Part shown: positions 27,714 through 37,532 of the stretch, piece after piece | Layout: each line of letters begins with the position of its first letter | How positions within the stretch are numbered: the first letter of the stretch is position 1 | DNA from: Oscillospiraceae bacterium | Lineage (GTDB): Bacteria > Bacillota > Clostridia > Oscillospirales > CAG-382 | Length of the DNA stretch: 64,000 bases | Assembly: GCA_015065165.1 (NCBI GenBank) | Contig: SVQU01000009.1 | Span: 66-64,065 of the forward strand | Direction: 5' to 3' | Program-made: the position numbers and the translations under genes | Notes under the pieces: model-generated | The model's database searches: none | What the model was told of the DNA's origin: nothing | Seen by the model: only the letters and a program-made list of their open reading frames with translations

Positions 27714-27904
27714 ATTTTTCGGCGACCTGTGATTTACCCCACAAAATTTCATTTTGCGGGGGCCCCGTCGCGTCGAAAAATACACCTTAGAGTGCTGAGG
27801 ATTCGGACAACGAGCGTTAGCGAGGCGCACGAATCCTGCGCGAGCGAACGGCACTCACAAAAGACAATCAAAAACAAGTGTTTTTGATTGAGAGCGTAAG
27901 CGAC
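27714..27904 (+). repeat. structured interspersed repeat, copy A (family 'S')
   Basis: H0 arms ATTTTTCGGCGAC/GTCGCGTCGAAAAAT enclose a CCCCACAAAAT..ATTTTGCGGGG module. Then follow ACACCTTAGAG, P1 (27790-27795/27851-27856), P2 (27798-27805/27830-27837), GCGCGAGCGAACGG, H4 (27865-27890) and tail AGAGCGTAAGCGAC. The tail ends at 27904, directly against the argS stop codon (27905-27907, opposite strand). Confidence 0.7.
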
Positions 27905-29599
27905 TTAAATTTCCTCTGTTCTTCTCATACCAAGCAAATCAAGGCATCTGCCCAAAATGTTGCGGGTTGCGGAGGTAAGAGCAAGACGGAACTGTTCGGT
28001 TTCACCGTCCGAGCCGAGAATTCTGCAATTGTGATAGAACTGGTTATAAAGTGTACAAACACCAAGAGCAAAACGGGAAATATGGCTGGGCTCGTAATCA
28101 TTTGCGGCACGCTCTACAACGTTTTCAAATTCGCAAAGCTTACGGATAAGCTCGGTTTCTTCACCAACGGGGGTGTAGGATTTCCAATCGCCCTCCATAT
28201 TGCCGCGGCGCAAAACGCTGGCGGCACGTGCATAGGTATATTGAACGTAAGGACCTGTGTTGCCCTCGAAGGAAAGTGCGCTTTCCCAGGTGAAGTTGGT
28301 ATCCTTAATACGGCTGTTGGAAAGTGCACCGAAGATAACCGCGCCCAAGCCTACCGCCTCGGCGATATCCTTGTTGTCCTCTCCTGCCTTCTTTTCGTCG
28401 ATAATAGCCAATGCCTTTGCAACGGCTTCGTCGAAAACGTCGTTAAGCAAAATAATGTTGCCTGTACGGGATGCAAGCTTTTCGCCCCCGAAGCTCATTG
28501 TGCCATAGGGGATGTGAACCAAATCCTTTGCCCATTCCTTGCCCATAAGCTCGGTAACCTTAAACCATTGGGCAAAGTGCAAGGACTGACCTGCGCTGGT
28601 AACGTAAGCGCAAATATCAAAATTATAGGTGTTGTATCTATAGTTTGCCGCTGCAATATCGCGGGTGGGATAAAGGGTACTGCCGTCGCGCTTAAGGATA
28701 AGTGCGGGAGGCATATTATATTCCGAAAGGTCAACTATAGATGCGCCGTCGTCGATTTTAAGAAGCTCTTTTTCTCTAAGCTCATCTACAATAGCGGGCA
28801 TTTTGTCGGTATAAAGGCTTTCGCCGTCCCAAACGTCAAAATCAATGCCCAAGCGTTTGTAGGTCTGGGTATATTCGCGAAGGGAAATATCCTTAAACAA
28901 TTGCCATATTTCAAGATATTCCTTGTTGCCGTTTTCAAGTTCGCGGAAGGCGGCACGGGCTTGGTCGTTAAGAGAGGGGTCTTTTTCCGCCTCCTTGCCG
29001 AACATAACGTAAATACGTTCAAGCTCCTTAATGCCCTCTTTTTCAAGCTGTTCCTTGCTTGACCACTTTTTAAAAGCCACAATCTGCTTGCCGTTTTGTG
29101 TGCCCCAGTCGCCAAGATAGTTTAAAGCTACGGTTTTATAACCGCAGAATTTATAAATGTTTCTAACGGCGTTACCGATAACGGTTGTGCCCAAATGTCC
29201 CAAATGAAAACGCTTTGCGATGTTGGGGGAGGAGAAGTCCAAAACAATGGTTTTGTTTTCTCCCATTTTGGTAAGGTTGGGATATTCGTCGGAAAGCAAG
29301 CCTTCCAAATCCGAAATATATTTGTCCCCCGCAAAGAAGAAGTTAAGATAAGGGCCTGTGGGTGCAATTTTTTCTATACCGTCAACAGCGTTGAATCTTT
29401 CTGCAAGCTCGGCAGAAATCATCGCGGGATTACCCCTTAAAAGCTTTGAAAGCCTAAAGCAGGGCAATGCAAGGTCGCCAAGCTTGGAATCTGCAGGGGT
29501 TTCAAGAAAATCCGCCACCTCGTCTGCCGAAAGGGATGCGCCCTTGGAAGCAACATATTCCGCAACGGTTTCGCATATAATTGTTTTTATATCCGCCAT
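27905..29599 (-). CDS. argS: arginine--tRNA ligase
   Basis: The track ORF is 568 aa. I prefer the second ATG ('MADIKTII...', 29599) because GGAGA lies 5 nt upstream. Class I motifs 'SSPNIAKRFHLGHLGTT' (HIGH-like) and a DALR anticodon-binding C-terminus. Confidence 0.93.
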   Translation of the reverse strand: MADIKTIICETVAEYVASKGASLSADEVADFLETPADSKLGDLALPCFRLSKLLRGNPAMISAELAERFNAVDGIEKIAPTGPYLNFFFAGDKYISDLEGLLSDEYPNLTKMGENKTIVLDFSSPNIAKRFHLGHLGTTVIGNAVRNIYKFCGYKTVALNYLGDWGTQNGKQIVAFKKWSSKEQLEKEGIKELERIYVMFGKEAEKDPSLNDQARAAFRELENGNKEYLEIWQLFKDISLREYTQTYKRLGIDFDVWDGESLYTDKMPAIVDELREKELLKIDDGASIVDLSEYNMPPALILKRDGSTLYPTRDIAAANYRYNTYNFDICAYVTSAGQSLHFAQWFKVTELMGKEWAKDLVHIPYGTMSFGGEKLASRTGNIILLNDVFDEAVAKALAIIDEKKAGEDNKDIAEAVGLGAVIFGALSNSRIKDTNFTWESALSFEGNTGPYVQYTYARAASVLRRGNMEGDWKSYTPVGEETELIRKLCEFENVVERAANDYEPSHISRFALGVCTLYNQFYHNCRILGSDGETEQFRLALTSATRNILGRCLDLLGMRRTEEI

Positions 29600-29727
29600 A
29601 TTTATCTCCATGTTGAGTTATTTCTGATTATTCAAATAATATACCATATTTTCACATTAAAATCAAGAGAAAACCGCCGATTTTCCGTTGATTTTAAACC
29701 GTATTTTTCAATTAAGGGGGAGTAATA

Positions 29728-31026
29728 ATGATTATACACATCGTAAAAGAAGGCGAAACACTTTTTTCTATCGCCAACCAATACGGCGTAGACCCAACAG
29801 TTCTTGCCTTCGACAACGATATTGCCGACCCGTTACGCCTTCCCGTGGGGCAACCCGTTGCGGTGGTTTTTCCAAGGGTTACCCATACCGTTCAATCGGG
29901 GGAAACCCTTTTTTCGGTGGCAGAACTTTATGGTACAACCGTTGAAAACCTTTTTCGAAACAACCTTTTTCTAAACGGAAAACCCGAAATCTCGCCGGGG
30001 CAGGTTTTGTATATTGAAATCGAGAGAGAGCTTTTGGGCACTTATTCCACGGGCGGTTACGCTTATCCCTTTATAAACGAGGTACTTTTAAGACGTGCTT
30101 TGCCCTTTATGGGCGCTCTTATGCCTTTTACCTACGGATTTCGCCCCGACGGTACCCTTATATCTCCCGAGGACGGGGAAATGCTTAAAATCTGCGCCGA
30201 TTATTCTACCCAACCCGTAATGCACATTTCCACCCTTACCGATAACGATAATTTCTCGGTAGAACTTGCCGAATCGCTTTTTAATTCTTCGGATTTGCAG
30301 GAAAAGCTTTTGGATGAAATTATTATGAATATGCAAACCAAGGGTTATACCGCCCTGGACGTGGATTTTGAATTTTTGGGCAGAGAAAACGCGGTGAAAT
30401 ATGCCCAATTCGTTGCCTATTGCCGCGAAAGATTGCGCCCCTATGGCTATGGGGTTATGACAGCTTTAGCCCCCAAAACCTCCGATGACCAAACGGGCGC
30501 ACTTTACGAGGGGCACGATTATCAATTGCTGGGTGAGGCGGCAGACGCGGTTTTGCTTATGACCTACGAATGGGGTTACACCTACGGTCCGCCTATGGCG
30601 GTTTCCCCCATAAAGCCTGTTGCCGACGTGGTGGATTATGCCCTAACGCGAATCCCCGCCGAAAAAATTCTTTTGGGTATATCCAATTACGGTTATGATT
30701 TCACTCTGCCCTATACCCAAGGTGTTTCCCGCGCGCCCTCGGTTTCCACAAAACAGGCATTTTCCCTTGCCGCCCAATACGGCGCGGAAATATTCTTTGA
30801 CGAAACGGTGTTCGCCCCTTATTTCGATTATACCGCCGAGGGGAACCAACACCGAGTTTGGTTCGAGGACGTGCGCTCTATATCCGCAAGACTTCGGCTT
30901 ATGGCTGAAAAAAATCTCAGGGGCGCTTTGTGGTGGAACCTAAATCGGGAAAATAACCAAAGTTTAATAGCAATAAACAATTTAATCGACAGCGAAGGTT
31001 TAAATCTCTATATCAACGACGGCTGA
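29728..31026 (+). CDS. LysM x2 + GH18 spore-cortex/peptidoglycan hydrolase (YaaH/SleL-like)
   Basis: 432-aa ORF with two LysM repeats ('HIVKEGETLFSIANQYGV', 'HTVQSGETLFSVAELYGT'). The GH18 core includes 'YTALDVDFEFL' (DxxDxDxE-type motif). Confidence 0.8.
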   Translation: MIIHIVKEGETLFSIANQYGVDPTVLAFDNDIADPLRLPVGQPVAVVFPRVTHTVQSGETLFSVAELYGTTVENLFRNNLFLNGKPEISPGQVLYIEIERELLGTYSTGGYAYPFINEVLLRRALPFMGALMPFTYGFRPDGTLISPEDGEMLKICADYSTQPVMHISTLTDNDNFSVELAESLFNSSDLQEKLLDEIIMNMQTKGYTALDVDFEFLGRENAVKYAQFVAYCRERLRPYGYGVMTALAPKTSDDQTGALYEGHDYQLLGEAADAVLLMTYEWGYTYGPPMAVSPIKPVADVVDYALTRIPAEKILLGISNYGYDFTLPYTQGVSRAPSVSTKQAFSLAAQYGAEIFFDETVFAPYFDYTAEGNQHRVWFEDVRSISARLRLMAEKNLRGALWWNLNRENNQSLIAINNLIDSEGLNLYINDG

Positions 31027-31116
31027 AACCCTTTTTGAATTTAATGGCACAAAATAACCCAAGCGGTAATAATCCTAAACAAAAACAGAAAAAAACATCC
31101 AAAAAATTCGGTTCGG

Positions 31117-31151
31117 CTTCGACAAATCCAAACATCTCCTTTGGGCTATAA
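31117..31151 (+). promoter_or_regulatory. candidate Spo0A box + -10 element upstream of spoIIE
   Basis: TTCGACA (31117-31123) is the reverse of the 0A-box consensus TGTCGAA. It sits at the -35 position relative to TATAAT (31146-31151). Confidence 0.4.
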
Positions 31152-31187
31152 TGAACACCCAAAACACAAAGAAACGGATTTGAAAAA

Positions 31188-33350
31188 ATGGAAAGAACCA
31201 ACCAAAAAACAACCACACTCGCCCCGAAATTGCAAATAGCTTATGCCCTTTTGGGGTTCTTGTTGGGGATTGCCCCCCTTGCCGTGGGGGTAATGCCCTT
31301 TGGGTGCGCCCTCCTTTGCGCTATGCCCAAAAAGGGGCGAAAGGAAACCTTTTTCGGGGTGTTGATTTCGGCATTCTTCGATGCCTGCATACCTCTTGCT
31401 CTGTTTTGCGCGGTGTATATTTATCTTGTACTCTCATCAAAGGAAAAAAGCGGCGGGGTTTACACCTTTGTCCGTTTGTTGCTTTCCTTTTCCATAAGCG
31501 CTCTGCGGGCATCCTATATCGCCATAACGGGTATAAACGATATTGCGGGGATGTTCCGTCTTATTGCGGCAATAATCGCTTACCCTGCCTTTACCTATGC
31601 CTTTATCGGCTTTTTCCATAAGAAAAAGGAAATTCGCCAAAAGCATTACGATATCTCTCTTTTGTCCTTTGCTTTTGCCTTTACTTTGTTGCTTTCGCCC
31701 TTTGAAATAGGGGGTGTTTCCCTCGCTATTGCACCCGCAACGGCGTTTACCCTTTGCGCGGCGCGAATTAAAGGCTTTGCCTTTGGGGGTGTTTACGGTA
31801 TCGCCTGCGGTTTGGTTTCGGGGGGTGCGGCAACGGGGGCTTTGGGTGTGTTGGGTATGACCTACGGCTTGCTGGCAAACGAAATCGAGCCCCTTGCCCT
31901 TGTCCTTGCCTTTATGCTTTCTGTCAGCGGATATTTTTATCTTGCAGGGGTGGACGGCACCTTAACGGCGGGGGTAATTTTCCTTGCGGTGTTCCTTGCT
32001 TTCGTTCCTTTGCGTAAAAATTTGCCCATTCTCCGCCGTGAAACCACAAGCGCCGAAAAACGCGCCTACGACCGCCGTTTGGCACGCTATGCCGCCACGT
32101 TTTCATCACTTTCCTCGCTGTTTTATACCGTTTCGGATGCTACAAAAGAAGAAAGCATAACCGATTTAAACGGACGTATAGTAAAAACCGTAGATTCCTA
32201 TTGCTCCCATTGTGATGGATGCGAGCTGGATAAAAGCGAAATTTCAAACTTCTTTACCAGCGAATACCGCCGAAACGGCGTTACCGCCTATAACCGCATT
32301 CCCGTGCACATAAGCTCCAAATGTCCCAACGCCTGCGCTATGGCAAGGTCGGTGAACAATCTTCAGGCGGTTCGCGAGAGGGATGGGGAAAAGGGGTTAC
32401 GGCAAATAGCCGACGAATATTCCGCCATATCCTCCATACTTATCGAGGGGGCAAAAAAGCAGGATAACACACATTTTACAGATAAAATTCTCGGAGATAA
32501 AATAAAAAACTCGCTTTCCGAGGTGGGGGTTTCCTGCGACGGTGTTCGGGTTCAGGGCACAAGACTTCGCACGGTTACCGCCTATGGGGTTCAGCCCGAC
32601 AAAATAAAGCGTACACCCAACGAAATTTCAAACGCAGTGGCTTCGCAAATGAAAACCTGTGTGTCTGCCCCCGAGCTGGTTATGCACGACGATTATACCC
32701 TGATGCGCTTTAAAACAATCCCCGCCTTTAAGGTGGAATGTGCCAAGATTTCCGAGGCGAAAAGCGGCGAAACCGTTTGCGGAGATACCGTTAGCGTTTT
32801 TGAAAACGATGAAAAATATTTCTATTGCCTTGTTTCCGACGGAATGGGAAGCGGGCGTGATGCGGCGTTAACAAGCCGACTTTCGGCGATAATGCTTGAA
32901 AAGCTTTTAAACGTTGGGGCAGAAAAGGAAAGCGCGTTGCGCCTTTTAAATAAAGCGCTTTCGGAAAAGGACCAAGAGGTTTTCGCCACGGTGGATTTGT
33001 TGGAAATCGACCGTATAAATTCCACCGCCACGTTAATAAAAGCGGGCGCCGCCCCCACAATTTTAATCCGTGGGGGAAAAACCGCCCTTATCGAATCCCG
33101 CACACCCCCCGCAGGGATAATGGACAAGGTTATCGCCGACAGAAAAACCTTTAGAATTCAAAAGGGGGATATGATTGTTATGGTCAGCGACGGGATTTTG
33201 CAAACGGGAAGTGAATTTAATCTGCTTCCCAAGGAAAATCTCCCCCAAATGCCTGCCGCCCGTGCCCTTGCAAGCAAAATTATGCGGGAGGCGCAGAAGA
33301 ACGCCCAAGTTTCGGACGATATGTCGGTTTGTGTGCTTCGTATTTATTAA
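31188..33350 (+). CDS. spoIIE: stage II sporulation protein E (PP2C phosphatase)
   Basis: 720-aa ORF with ~10 N-terminal TM helices, a central regulatory region and a C-terminal PP2C domain ('CGDTVSVF', 'LVSDGMGSG', 'MVSDGI'). Confidence 0.9.
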   Translation: MERTNQKTTTLAPKLQIAYALLGFLLGIAPLAVGVMPFGCALLCAMPKKGRKETFFGVLISAFFDACIPLALFCAVYIYLVLSSKEKSGGVYTFVRLLLSFSISALRASYIAITGINDIAGMFRLIAAIIAYPAFTYAFIGFFHKKKEIRQKHYDISLLSFAFAFTLLLSPFEIGGVSLAIAPATAFTLCAARIKGFAFGGVYGIACGLVSGGAATGALGVLGMTYGLLANEIEPLALVLAFMLSVSGYFYLAGVDGTLTAGVIFLAVFLAFVPLRKNLPILRRETTSAEKRAYDRRLARYAATFSSLSSLFYTVSDATKEESITDLNGRIVKTVDSYCSHCDGCELDKSEISNFFTSEYRRNGVTAYNRIPVHISSKCPNACAMARSVNNLQAVRERDGEKGLRQIADEYSAISSILIEGAKKQDNTHFTDKILGDKIKNSLSEVGVSCDGVRVQGTRLRTVTAYGVQPDKIKRTPNEISNAVASQMKTCVSAPELVMHDDYTLMRFKTIPAFKVECAKISEAKSGETVCGDTVSVFENDEKYFYCLVSDGMGSGRDAALTSRLSAIMLEKLLNVGAEKESALRLLNKALSEKDQEVFATVDLLEIDRINSTATLIKAGAAPTILIRGGKTALIESRTPPAGIMDKVIADRKTFRIQKGDMIVMVSDGILQTGSEFNLLPKENLPQMPAARALASKIMREAQKNAQVSDDMSVCVLRIY

Positions 33351-33433
33351 TATTCCCCGTATGTGGGGAATTGTCAATATAATGAGAATGTTTTAACATA
33401 TTTTCAGAATAATTGCATTTACAGAGGTAGGCT

Positions 33434-33640
33434 ATGATTGTTTACGACAAGCTGTGGGAAACTATGAAACTCAAGGGCATTTCTCAATATAAGCTTATAA
33501 ACCATTATCACATAAGCCGCGGACAGATAGACAGGCTTCGCCATAACGAGCACGTGAGCACCTATACGTTAGACCAATTTTGCGCTATTTTGGGATGTCA
33601 GCTTTCGGATATTGCCGAATATATCCCCGAGGAAAAATAG
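33434..33640 (+). CDS. small XRE/Cro-type helix-turn-helix protein
   Basis: 68-aa ORF with AGAGG RBS. 'MKLKGISQYKLINHYHISRGQIDRLRHNEHVSTYTLDQFCAILGCQLSDI' fits an HTH_26/XRE fold. Confidence 0.7.
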   Translation: MIVYDKLWETMKLKGISQYKLINHYHISRGQIDRLRHNEHVSTYTLDQFCAILGCQLSDIAEYIPEEK

Positions 33641-33643
33641 GTT

Positions 33644-34591
33644 ATGAAGCTTAATTTAAACGCCGTTGTTGATACGGGTTTTCAACGCTTTTTTGAAACC
33701 GTTGGCAATTCGAGGGACCCTGCGATTATTCTTGATGACAGCCTTAAGGTTTTTTCTAAAAATAAAATAGCTGCGCGTATTTTTCCAAACCTGCGAAAAG
33801 GGCGCTCGGTGGGCGGCTTGATGGTTGCCTCCGACAAAGAAAAACTGCGTTCTCTTTCGGCGGGGCAAACGGTTTTGGTTAAGCTTTTAAGCGGCGAAAC
33901 CGTTTACGGCGCAACGGCTGTGCGGTTTTCAAATGAAATTTTGTTAATCGTCCGTCCCTTGTCGGCAGGCCTTAGAGAAAGGCTGGAAACCGTTTATTCC
34001 AAGGCTTCGGGGTATGATATAAATATCCTTTCCGAGGAACCCGACAAAGAGGAATTTATGGCGTTTTCCTTGAAGAATCTCTGCTTTCCCAAGGAAACCC
34101 GTTATTTCAACGTCGCCGCCGTTTCCGAATCCGTGATAAATCAATTAAGCCTGAACCATCCGTCGGTTCGCGAAAAAATCACGGTTAATTCTTCTCTGAA
34201 AAATAATTACGCCTGTGGCTCGGAATATGATTTTTCTATAGTTCTCACCTATATAGTATCCTTTTGTATGTATTGTACCAAGGAAAAAGTCGTTTTGGAG
34301 CTTTCGGATAAAAACGGCAGTTCGGTGGTGAAAATCAGCGCAATTCCTCCCGAGGATATGGATGAATCCGAGGAGTTGGTAAATGCATATCCCAAGGACA
34401 ATGTATCTTGGCATAATCTTATAAAACTGCTGTGCGACGGAAATTTATGGGATCTGGAAATAGAATGCGGTTATAAAAAACCTCTTCTGTTTACGTTTGA
34501 GCTGCCCGCCGCCGAGGAGAAACAACCCTTTGTTCTTTCGGATTCCTTCAAGAAAACCGTTGCAAAAATTCTTTCCGCATTTTTTGGTTAA
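33644..34591 (+). CDS. hypothetical protein (possible degenerate PAS + GHKL-ATPase-like architecture)
   Basis: 315-aa ORF starting 3 nt after the HTH gene, with GAGGAAAAA RBS. No catalytic motif is recognised. The C-terminal third ('VVLELSDKNGSSVVKISA...LWDLEIECGYKKPLLFTFELP') loosely resembles the end of a histidine-kinase ATPase domain. Confidence 0.5.
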   Translation: MKLNLNAVVDTGFQRFFETVGNSRDPAIILDDSLKVFSKNKIAARIFPNLRKGRSVGGLMVASDKEKLRSLSAGQTVLVKLLSGETVYGATAVRFSNEILLIVRPLSAGLRERLETVYSKASGYDINILSEEPDKEEFMAFSLKNLCFPKETRYFNVAAVSESVINQLSLNHPSVREKITVNSSLKNNYACGSEYDFSIVLTYIVSFCMYCTKEKVVLELSDKNGSSVVKISAIPPEDMDESEELVNAYPKDNVSWHNLIKLLCDGNLWDLEIECGYKKPLLFTFELPAAEEKQPFVLSDSFKKTVAKILSAFFG

Positions 34592-34603
34592 AAACAGCAT
34601 AAT

Positions 34604-34632
34604 AAAAAGTCAGCGAATTGCTGACTTTTTTG
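34604..34632. terminator. bidirectional rho-independent terminator
   Basis: AAAAAGTCAGC-GAATT-GCTGACTTTTTT between convergent genes. Confidence 0.7.
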
Positions 34633-34714
34633 TTTATGAAAATTCAACTGATGAATTAACGGCAAGTCGATTTATAATATGGAAATTCATTGATAGGCGC
34701 CTTTCGGACACTTA

Positions 34715-35935
34715 TCATCCTTGCGAGCTTCCTGCCACAAATCCTGTGGAAAATGCTATCTGCAAATTAAATCCGCCTGTATAGGCATCCAAATCCATAA
34801 CCTCGCCCGCAAAATAAAGCCCCGAAACTATCTTGGATTCCATTGTTTTTGGGTCAATCTCTTTACAATCCACACCGCCGCCCGTAACGATAGCCTCGTC
34901 AATAGGACGTGTGCCCACAATTTTCACGGGCAGAGCCTTCATAAGCGAAAGTATTTTGCCCCTTTGCTCCTTTGTAAGGCTGTTAAGCCGTGTTTCGGGG
35001 GGGATACCCGTAAGCTTTATAAAGGGCTCGATAAGCTTTGATGGAAGTAAAGCCGAAAAGCCGTTTTTCAGTTCGCGGTTTTGGTTTTCGGAAAAATCCC
35101 GCAACAACCGCTTGTCAAGGGTTTTTTCATCCAAGGCGGGTTTAAGGTCGATAAATGCCTCAAAAGGGAAACCGCCCGTTAAATGGGCAGATGCCGAAAG
35201 AATAACCGGACCTGTCAAGCCGAAATGGGTAAACATCATTTCCCCTTGCTCGTAATAAACCTTTTTACTATCTTTATAAAAGGAAACGCCAACGTTTTTA
35301 AGGGAAAGTCCCATACATTCTCCGCAGATTTTATCCCTTGAAACCAAGGGAACAAGGGAGGGACGTATGGTTGTAATTTTATGCCCCGCGCTTTCGGCAA
35401 GCCTATGGCCGCCTCCGTCCGAGCCTGTGCGGGGGTAGGATGCGCCGCCGCAGGCGATTATAACCGATTTGGAAGTGAATTCATCCTTACCGCACCGAAC
35501 GCCTAAAATTTTGCCGTCGGATATAATAAGGGACGAAACCTTTCGGTGAATAATCTCCACCCCAACGGTTTTAACCGCGTTTACCAATGCGTCGGTTATG
35601 TCGGATGCCTTGTCGCTTTGGGGGAAAACTCGGTTGCCGCGCTCGGTTTTAAGGGGAACACCAAGGGATTCGAAAAACGCTTTCGTATCTTCGGTGGAAA
35701 ACCTTGAAATTGCCCCCATTAAAAACCTTGGGTTGGCAATAACGTTTTGCAAAAATTCCTCGCGATCGCAATCGTTGGTAAGGTTACAGCGCCCTTTTCC
35801 CGTGATATTCAGTTTTCTTCCGCAACGGTCGTTTTTTTCAAACAGAATTACGCTGTTTCCGTTTATTGCGGCGTGGTATGCGGCAAATAACCCCGCAGGA
35901 CCTCCGCCGATGATGATAACGTCTGTCATTTTCAC
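34715..35935 (-). CDS. FAD-dependent oxidoreductase, HI0933/BaiN-like family
   Basis: 406-aa ORF with dinucleotide-binding 'VIIIGGGPAGLFAA' and C-terminal 'LYFAGEVMDLDAYTGGFNLQIAFSTG'. Confidence 0.8.
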   Translation of the reverse strand: MKMTDVIIIGGGPAGLFAAYHAAINGNSVILFEKNDRCGRKLNITGKGRCNLTNDCDREEFLQNVIANPRFLMGAISRFSTEDTKAFFESLGVPLKTERGNRVFPQSDKASDITDALVNAVKTVGVEIIHRKVSSLIISDGKILGVRCGKDEFTSKSVIIACGGASYPRTGSDGGGHRLAESAGHKITTIRPSLVPLVSRDKICGECMGLSLKNVGVSFYKDSKKVYYEQGEMMFTHFGLTGPVILSASAHLTGGFPFEAFIDLKPALDEKTLDKRLLRDFSENQNRELKNGFSALLPSKLIEPFIKLTGIPPETRLNSLTKEQRGKILSLMKALPVKIVGTRPIDEAIVTGGGVDCKEIDPKTMESKIVSGLYFAGEVMDLDAYTGGFNLQIAFSTGFVAGSSQG

Positions 35936-35998
35936 AACCCATTATAAATAGATATACAAAAACGGCGAAAACCGCCGTTTTTGTTTTATTCAATACAA

Positions 35999-37405
35999 TT
36001 AAAATGCAATCTTGCTTTCGATATATGCGCGTACCTCGGAAATGGGCATTCTAACCTGTTCCATGGTATCTCTGTCGCGAACGGTAACACAATTGTCCTC
36101 TACAGAATCAAAGTCGTAGGTTATGCAGAAGGGAGTACCGATTTCGTCCTCACGGCGGTAGCGTTTGCCGATAGAGCCTGCTTCATCATAATCAACGGGG
36201 AAGTATTTGCAAAGCTCGTTGGCAAGCTCGTGGGCTTGTTCGCCAAGCTTTTTGGAAAGGGGAAGAACTGCCGCCTTAAAGGGAGCAAGTGCAGGGTGGA
36301 AACGCAATACTGTGCGGATATCCTCTGCGCCGTCCTTGCCGATGTTTTCTTCGTCGTAAGCATCAACCAAGAAGGCAAGCACCGAACGTTCAACACCCAA
36401 AGAGGGTTCGATAACGTAGGGGATATATTTTTCGCCCTTTTCTTGGTCGAAATAGGTCATATCCTCGCCGGAGGTGTTTTGGTGCTGGGTAAGGTCATAA
36501 TCGGTTCTGTCCGCAACGCCCCAAAGCTCGCCCCATCCGAAGGGGAACATAAATTCAAAGTCGGTGGTAGCCTTGGAATAGAAGCAAAGCTCATCGGGAT
36601 CGTGGTCGCGCAATCTGAGATTTTCTTCCTTCATACCCAAGGAAAGCAACCAATCACGGCAGAAGCCGCGCCAATATTCAAACCATTCAAGGTCTGTGCC
36701 GGGCTGACAGAAGAATTCAAGCTCCATCTGTTCGAATTCACGCACACGGAAAATAAAGTTACCGGGGGTGATTTCGTTTCTGAAGCTCTTACCGATCTGA
36801 CCGATACCAAAGGGAAGCTTCTTTCTGGTGGTACGCTGAACGTTGTTGAAGTTTACAAAAATACCCTGTGCGGTTTCGGGACGGAGATAAACGGTGTTCT
36901 TCGCATCCTCGGTAACGCCCTGGAAGGTTTTAAACATAAGGTTAAATTGACGGATGTCGGTGAAGTTGTGCTTTCCGCAGGTGGGGCACTTAATGTTCTT
37001 TTCTTCAACAAATTCCTTCATTTCTGCCTGAGAAAAAGCATCGATAGGCTTGGGAAGGGTAAAATTGTTTTCTGCGCACCAATCCTCGATAAGCTTGTCT
37101 GCGCGGAAGCGCTCCTTACATTCGCGGCAGTCCATCAAAGGGTCGGAAAATCCGCCAAGGTGGCCCGAAGCAACCCAAGTCTGGGGGTTCATAAGAATAG
37201 CGGCATCCAAACCCACGTTATAGGGGTTTTCCTGCACGAACTTCTTCCACCAAGCTTTTTTAATGTTGTTCTTAAGCTCTACGCCCAAGGGGCCATAGTC
37301 CCAAGTGTTTGCAAGGCCGCCGTAAATTTCGCTGCCCGCAAATATAAAGCCTCTGCCCTTGCAAAGGGCAACTAACTTATCCATTGTTTTTTCGGTATTC
37401 TTCAT
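35999..37405 (-). CDS. glyQS: glycine--tRNA ligase (homodimeric GlyQS type)
   Basis: 468-aa ORF starting '[46 protein letters not shown]'. Class II motifs are present. Confidence 0.95.
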   Translation of the reverse strand: MKNTEKTMDKLVALCKGRGFIFAGSEIYGGLANTWDYGPLGVELKNNIKKAWWKKFVQENPYNVGLDAAILMNPQTWVASGHLGGFSDPLMDCRECKERFRADKLIEDWCAENNFTLPKPIDAFSQAEMKEFVEEKNIKCPTCGKHNFTDIRQFNLMFKTFQGVTEDAKNTVYLRPETAQGIFVNFNNVQRTTRKKLPFGIGQIGKSFRNEITPGNFIFRVREFEQMELEFFCQPGTDLEWFEYWRGFCRDWLLSLGMKEENLRLRDHDPDELCFYSKATTDFEFMFPFGWGELWGVADRTDYDLTQHQNTSGEDMTYFDQEKGEKYIPYVIEPSLGVERSVLAFLVDAYDEENIGKDGAEDIRTVLRFHPALAPFKAAVLPLSKKLGEQAHELANELCKYFPVDYDEAGSIGKRYRREDEIGTPFCITYDFDSVEDNCVTVRDRDTMEQVRMPISEVRAYIESKIAF

Positions 37406-37447
37406 TTTTATCCTCCGATATTAAATCGCGATATATAAAATCACATT

Positions 37448-37476
37448 ATTATATACCATTTTAAAAAATATTGCAA
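37448..37476 (-). promoter_or_regulatory. sigma-A promoter candidate for glyQS
   Basis: On the minus strand: TTGCAA (37476-37471), 17-nt spacer, TATAAT (37453-37448). The leader is too short for a T-box. Confidence 0.55.
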
Positions 37477-37532
37477 TAGGAAAATTATCATCGCTTTTTA
37501 AGGCGGACTTTTTTAAAAATCCGCCTTTTGTT

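Noticed and set aside
29600-29727. T-box leaders upstream of argS, glyQS (37406-37532) and leuS
   Set aside because: The leaders are only ~115-125 nt (argS, glyQS) or absent (leuS overlaps rsfS). No specifier-loop/T-box (AANNNGGGTGGTACCGCG-like) sequence is visible.
31013-31216. 67-aa minus-strand ORF between the yaaH-like gene and spoIIE (also 65-283, 8026-8217, 21747-21992 and similar small intergenic ORFs)
   Set aside because: They have no RBS and overlap promoters, terminators, repeats or the tRNA. Their composition is that of A/T-rich intergenic sequence.
35981-37375. 464-aa plus-strand ORF (also 27878-29062 and 24071-24934)
   Set aside because: Antisense shadows of glyQS, argS and leuS, whose identities are unambiguous.
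37501-37529. Hairpin AAGGCGGAC..ATCCGCCTT as the terminator of the ABC operon
   Set aside because: The T-run lies on the plus-strand side, not downstream on the minus strand where the ABC gene ends. It may still function bidirectionally, but I could not support a directional call.
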